From the sequence record DRR723986_576: a stretch of DNA of 64,000 nt; one strand, written 5' to 3'. Under the pieces are notes generated by a model, which was given only the letters and a program-made list of their open reading frames with translations, made no database searches and had not been told where the DNA came from. The position numbers and the translations under genes were made by a program. This document shows, piece after piece, positions 59,506-64,000 of the stretch (the first letter of the stretch is position 1; each line of letters begins with the position of its first letter).

Positions 59506-60396
59506 ATGCTCGACAATATCTCCATCGATTTCGACCACAAACCCGAAGTTATCGCCTTCTTCGACGAACCCACCAACACCTTTTCCTATGTGGTGAAAGA
59601 CCCCAGCAGCAACGCCTGCGCGGTCGTGGACTCGGTAATGGAAATCGACTATGCCGCGGGCCGCCTGTCGCTGGTGGGTGCCGACAAAATCATTCAGCAC
59701 ATTCGCGACAATAAACTGAGCCTCGAATGGATCATCGAAACCCACGTACACGCCGACCACCTGTCAGCTGCGCCCTATATTCAAGAAGCGCTCGGCGGTC
59801 AGATCGGCATTGGCGCCAACATTACAGTGGTGCAGGAAACCTTCGGCAAAATCTTTAACGCCGGTACAGAGTTCGCCCGCGACGGCTCGCAGTTCGACAA
59901 GCTGTTTAACGACGGCGACGAATACCACGTGGGCAATATGCTGTGCCGCGCCATTCACACCCCCGGCCACACCCCGGCGTGCATGACCCACGTAATGGGC
60001 GACGCAGCATTTGTTGGCGACACCTTGTTTATGCCTGACGGCGGCACTGCCCGCGCGGACTTCCCCGGCGGCGACGCTCGCGTTCTCTATCAATCCATTC
60101 AGCGCGTGCTATCGCTGCCCGATGAAACCCGTCTGTTTATGTGCCACGACTATATGCCCGGCGGCCGCGAGGTCGAATACGAAACCACCGTCGGCGCTGA
60201 GAAACAGGCCAACATCCACGTACACACCGGCACCAGCGAGGCGCAATTTGTCGCCATGCGCGAGGCCCGCGACGCCACCCTCGATATGCCGCGGCTGATC
60301 CTGCCATCTCTGCAAGTAAACATGCGGGCAGGCCACCTACCCGGCGCCGACGACAACGGCACGGTGTATCTAAAATTACCATTGAACGTACTCTAA
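59506..60396 (+). CDS. pdo: Persulfide dioxygenase (ETHE1/Blh-type MBL fold)
   Basis: ETHVHADHLS, TPGHTPAC, GDTLFMPDGGTARADFPGG, CHDY. Confidence 0.9.
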   Translation: MLDNISIDFDHKPEVIAFFDEPTNTFSYVVKDPSSNACAVVDSVMEIDYAAGRLSLVGADKIIQHIRDNKLSLEWIIETHVHADHLSAAPYIQEALGGQIGIGANITVVQETFGKIFNAGTEFARDGSQFDKLFNDGDEYHVGNMLCRAIHTPGHTPACMTHVMGDAAFVGDTLFMPDGGTARADFPGGDARVLYQSIQRVLSLPDETRLFMCHDYMPGGREVEYETTVGAEKQANIHVHTGTSEAQFVAMREARDATLDMPRLILPSLQVNMRAGHLPGADDNGTVYLKLPLNVL

Positions 60397-60410
60397 GGGC
60401 TGGGCAAGGC

Positions 60411-62102
60411 ATGGAATACAAGCAAATAGACTCGGGGCTGACGGTTTCCGGCCAGCTCACCGTTAACGACCTGCCGGCACTGGCAGAAAAAGGTGTAAAA
60501 ACGCTGATCTGCAACCGCCCCGACGGCGAGGGCGGCGATCAGCCGGGCTTTAAAGAGATCGAAGCCAAAGCCGCCGAGCTGGGCATGAGCTGTCACTACC
60601 TGCCGGTCGTCAGTGGCAAAGTCAGCGACGAGGATGCCGCCAGCTTTGGTGAGTTGCTCAGCGGCCAAAGCGCGCCGGTCCATGCCTATTGCCGCAGCGG
60701 CATGCGCTCCACCACCCTGTGGGCATTGAGCCGCGGTGAAGAGATGAGCCTGACAGACATCGTCGATGCTGCCGCCAAGGCCGGTTACGACATGAGTGGC
60801 GTGGCCGCGCGTATCGCCGCCGCCCGCAATGGCGACAATACCGCCGAGGGCATTGCCAGCTACGATGTGCTGATTGTCGGAGGCGGTGCCGCCGGTATCT
60901 CCACGGCCGCCAGTTTGGTGAAACGCTGCAAAGGCATCTCCGTTGCCATTATCGACCCCGCAGAAAACCACTACTACCAACCCGGCTGGACCCTGGTCGG
61001 CGGTGGTGTGTTCACCCCTGAGCAAACCCGGCGCAGCATGGCCTCACTCATTCCCAAGGGTGTGGAATGGATCAAGGCCGCCGTCGCCGCCTTCGACCCC
61101 GACAACAACACCGTGGTGCTTGAAGGCTGCCGCCTACTGAACTATCAACGCCTGGTGGTTGCCGCCGGTATCAAATTGAACTGGGACGCCATTCCCGGCC
61201 TGAGCGAAACCCTGGGCAAGAACGGCGTCACCTCGAACTACCGCTACGACCTCGCACCCTACACCTGGGAGCTGGTAAACAAGGTTCGCAGCGGCCGCGC
61301 GATATTCACCCAGCCGCCCATGCCGATTAAGTGCGCGGGCGCTCCGCAAAAAGCCATGTATTTGTCGTGCGACCACTGGCATCGTCAGGGGCGCTTAAAC
61401 AATATCGACGTGGAGTTCTACAACGCTGGTGCGGTGCTATTCGGTGTTGCCGACTACGTGCCGGCACTGATGAAATACATCGACAAATACCAGGCCAAAC
61501 TCAACTTTGGCCACACCCTGACCCGCATTGACGGCCCGGCAAAAACCGCCTGGTTCGCCACCAAAGACGAACAGGGTAACGACGTGGAGGTCAGCCGCGA
61601 ATTCGACATGATCCACGTGGTACCGCCGCAAGTCGCCCCCGACTTCATCCGCAATAGCCCGCCGGTCGATGGCGCCGGTTGGGTCGATGTCGACCAGGCC
61701 ACGCTACAGCACAAGAAGTACGCCAATATCTGGGCACTGGGCGATGTAATGAACGCCCCTAACGCCAAAACCGCAGCGGCGGCGCGCATGCAGGCACCCA
61801 TTGTTGCCAATAACATCGCAGCCGATATCAGCGGTCGCGGCGGCGACATTGCCCACTACAATGGCTACGGCTCCTGCCCGCTTACCGTAGAGCGCGGCAA
61901 GATCGTATTGGCGGAATTTGGCTACGGCGGCAAGCTGCTACCCAGCTTCCCCAAAATGATGCTCGACGGCACCAAGCCATCTCGCCTGGCGTGGTTGCTG
62001 AAAGAGAAAATTCTGCCGCCCATTTACTGGCAGGGCATGCTCAAGGGACACGAGTGGCTGGTTAAGCCCACCATTGGTGAAGACGCACCAGCGAAAAAAT
62101 AA
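60411..62102 (+). CDS. sqr: DUF442 (TIGR01244) sulfurtransferase-sulfide:quinone oxidoreductase fusion
   Basis: CNRPDGE and CRSGMRS N-domain; GGGAAG, KCAGAPQK and GYGSCP SQR cysteines. Confidence 0.9.
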   Translation: MEYKQIDSGLTVSGQLTVNDLPALAEKGVKTLICNRPDGEGGDQPGFKEIEAKAAELGMSCHYLPVVSGKVSDEDAASFGELLSGQSAPVHAYCRSGMRSTTLWALSRGEEMSLTDIVDAAAKAGYDMSGVAARIAAARNGDNTAEGIASYDVLIVGGGAAGISTAASLVKRCKGISVAIIDPAENHYYQPGWTLVGGGVFTPEQTRRSMASLIPKGVEWIKAAVAAFDPDNNTVVLEGCRLLNYQRLVVAAGIKLNWDAIPGLSETLGKNGVTSNYRYDLAPYTWELVNKVRSGRAIFTQPPMPIKCAGAPQKAMYLSCDHWHRQGRLNNIDVEFYNAGAVLFGVADYVPALMKYIDKYQAKLNFGHTLTRIDGPAKTAWFATKDEQGNDVEVSREFDMIHVVPPQVAPDFIRNSPPVDGAGWVDVDQATLQHKKYANIWALGDVMNAPNAKTAAAARMQAPIVANNIAADISGRGGDIAHYNGYGSCPLTVERGKIVLAEFGYGGKLLPSFPKMMLDGTKPSRLAWLLKEKILPPIYWQGMLKGHEWLVKPTIGEDAPAKK

Positions 62103-62113
62103 CCCACCCTTTC

Positions 62114-62139
62114 GCGCCGCTGATGCGGCGCTGTTTTTT
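62114..62139 (+). terminator. Terminator-like hairpin between sqr and sulP
   Basis: gcgccgc tgat gcggcgc tgtttttt. Confidence 0.65.
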
Positions 62140-62183
62140 CGTTTATGTGCAACACCACAGCCGCGACTGGAGAGGACAGCATT

Positions 62184-63941
62184 TTGAAAGGCGCACTCAG
62201 CCAATACTTACCCATCCTGGAATGGGGAAAGCAGTACAACCGCGGCCAGCTCGCCTCCGACCTGCTGGCGGCCGTCATTGTGACGATCATGCTTATCCCG
62301 CAGTCGCTGGCTTACGCCCTGCTTGCCGGCTTGCCTCCCGAAGTTGGTCTCTACGCCAGTATGTTGCCGCTCATCGCCTACGGTCTGCTGGGCAGCAGCC
62401 GCAGCCTGTCGGTGGGCCCGGTGGCCGTGGTTTCGCTGATGACGGCCAGCGCCGTCGGCCGCATTGCCGAGGTCGGCAGCATGGGCTACCTCGATGCCGC
62501 CGTGCTGCTGGCACTGTTCTCCGGGGCGTTCCTGCTACTGATGGGCGTTCTGCGAATGGGCTTTCTCGCCAACTTTCTGTCCCATCCGGTGATCGCCGGT
62601 TTTATCACCGCCTCGGGTATTATTATCGCCGTCAGCCAGCTTCGTCACCTACTGGGCGTGCACGCCCACGGCGACAACCTCTACGAAATTCTGCTCAGCC
62701 TTGCCGAGCAAGCCAGCCATACCAACCTCTACACCTTAGCGGTCGGTTTGCCGGTGCTGGTCTTTTTATTCTGGGTACGTAAAGGCCTGCAACCGCTGCT
62801 GGAAAAAGTGGGCCTGTCGCCCTTTGCCGCCGCCATGGTCAGTAAAGCGGGCCCCGTTGTTGGCGTGGTGATGACCAGTGTTGCCGCTGTCGCCTTCGAC
62901 CTCGGCGCAAAAAACGTGGCATTGGTCGGCGATGTGCCCAGCGGCCTGCCCGCCCTGCGCCTGCCACCACTGCACCACGAGGCCTGGCAGGAACTGTTGA
63001 TCTCGGCGATCTTCATTTCGGTCATTGGCTTTGTGGAGTCGGTGTCGGTGGGCCACACCCTGGCCGCGAAAAAACGCCAGAAGATCAGCCCCAACCAAGA
63101 ACTCATCGGCCTCGGCGCTGCCAATATCGCGTCGTCGGTATCGGGCGGCTACCCCGTTACCGGCGGCTTTGCGCGCTCGGTGGTGAATTTTGATGCCGGC
63201 GCAGAAACCCCCGCAGCGGGCATGTTTACCGCCATCGGCATCGGGCTGGCGGCAATCTTCTTCACGCCGTATCTGGCCTATCTTCCCAAGGCGACACTGG
63301 CGGCAACCATCATCGTTGCCGTGCTATCACTGGTCGATTTATCGATTTTGAAAAAGACCTGGGACTACGGCTATTCCGACTTTATCGCCGTTGCCAGCAC
63401 CCTGTTCGTCACCTTAGTGGCCGGTGTTGAAAGCGGCGTGGCCTGCGGTGTATTTGCCTCGTTAGCCCTGCATCTGTACAAAACCTCCAAGCCCCATATG
63501 GCCGTGGTCGGCGAGGTGCCGGGCACCGAACACTACCGCAATATCAACCGCCACTCAGTGATTACCCACGACGAGATCCTGTCGCTGCGCATTGACGAAA
63601 GCTTATATTTTGCCAATGCCAGCTTTATTGAGGATCGCATCTATGCGCTGTTGGAGGACTACCCGCATACCCGCCACGTGGTACTGATGTGCACCGCTGT
63701 GAACGAGGTGGACCTCAGCGCACTGGAAGCACTGGAAGCGATCAATGAGCGTTTGGGCGAGCGCGATATTGCCCTGCACTTATCTGAGCTGAAAGGGCCG
63801 GTAATGGATGTGCTGTGTAAAACCCACTTCCTCAAGCAACTTACCGGCAAAGTGTGGTTGTCGCAGCACCTGGCCGTTACCGGCATTGTTGAGGAAATGA
63901 ACCAACAAAAGGCCGACAACACCGAAAACTGGGATATCTAA
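62184..63941 (+). CDS. sulP: SulP family anion transporter with STAS domain
   Basis: LIPQSLAYALLAG..GLY, NQELIGLG, TGGFARS, RIDESLYFAN; TTG start after GAGGA (ORF extends to 62145). Confidence 0.92.
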   Translation: MKGALSQYLPILEWGKQYNRGQLASDLLAAVIVTIMLIPQSLAYALLAGLPPEVGLYASMLPLIAYGLLGSSRSLSVGPVAVVSLMTASAVGRIAEVGSMGYLDAAVLLALFSGAFLLLMGVLRMGFLANFLSHPVIAGFITASGIIIAVSQLRHLLGVHAHGDNLYEILLSLAEQASHTNLYTLAVGLPVLVFLFWVRKGLQPLLEKVGLSPFAAAMVSKAGPVVGVVMTSVAAVAFDLGAKNVALVGDVPSGLPALRLPPLHHEAWQELLISAIFISVIGFVESVSVGHTLAAKKRQKISPNQELIGLGAANIASSVSGGYPVTGGFARSVVNFDAGAETPAAGMFTAIGIGLAAIFFTPYLAYLPKATLAATIIVAVLSLVDLSILKKTWDYGYSDFIAVASTLFVTLVAGVESGVACGVFASLALHLYKTSKPHMAVVGEVPGTEHYRNINRHSVITHDEILSLRIDESLYFANASFIEDRIYALLEDYPHTRHVVLMCTAVNEVDLSALEALEAINERLGERDIALHLSELKGPVMDVLCKTHFLKQLTGKVWLSQHLAVTGIVEEMNQQKADNTENWDI

Positions 63942-63960
63942 GTCCAGTGGGAAAGGGCAA

Positions 63961-63986
63961 TTCAGCCGCGTAGCTGCGCGGCTGAA
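63961..63986. terminator. Hairpin after sulP
   Basis: ttcagccgcg tagctg cgcggctgaa. Confidence 0.6.
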
Positions 63987-64000
63987 ATTTCATTGTTGCA

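Overview
Chromosomal window from a GC-rich gammaproteobacterium. The uvrD, RpiR, ubiAC and rubredoxin-reductase neighbourhood and the many lipid-type TonB receptors suggest a marine Cellvibrionales/Pseudomonadales-like organism (inference). Left to right: (1) a TetR-haloalkane dehalogenase-GNAT cassette and an ABC-F ATPase with a structured multi-uORF leader; (2) a Fur-boxed siderophore receptor plus PepSY-TM gene; (3) an RpiR (HexR/RccR-type) regulator, an orphan molybdopterin oxidoreductase, uvrD and TRAP dctP; (4) a ~25 kb catabolic block (14.4-39.1 kb) with two TonB receptors, DUF1800/DUF1501, P450, an lva-like (ACAD-APH kinase-DUF6285-SDR-CoA ligase) operon, VOC, WrbA-like, MarR, hydrolase, MDR, GST, CoA-transferase and HMG-CoA lyase, whose four divergent promoter regions carry five copies of a TGTCAA-N5-TTGACA-type palindrome; (5) housekeeping genes (dctQM, yaaA, EVE, OmpA, trhP, ubiAC, a rubredoxin-reductase fusion); (6) a DAACS transporter coupled to a class-I-like HMG-CoA reductase; (7) a sigma-54/FisR-type sulfide-oxidation cluster (cydAB, pdo, rhodanese-sqr, sulP). 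No rRNA, tRNA, CRISPR array, integrase or transposase was recognised. All family calls come from motif recognition by eye; no database searches were run.
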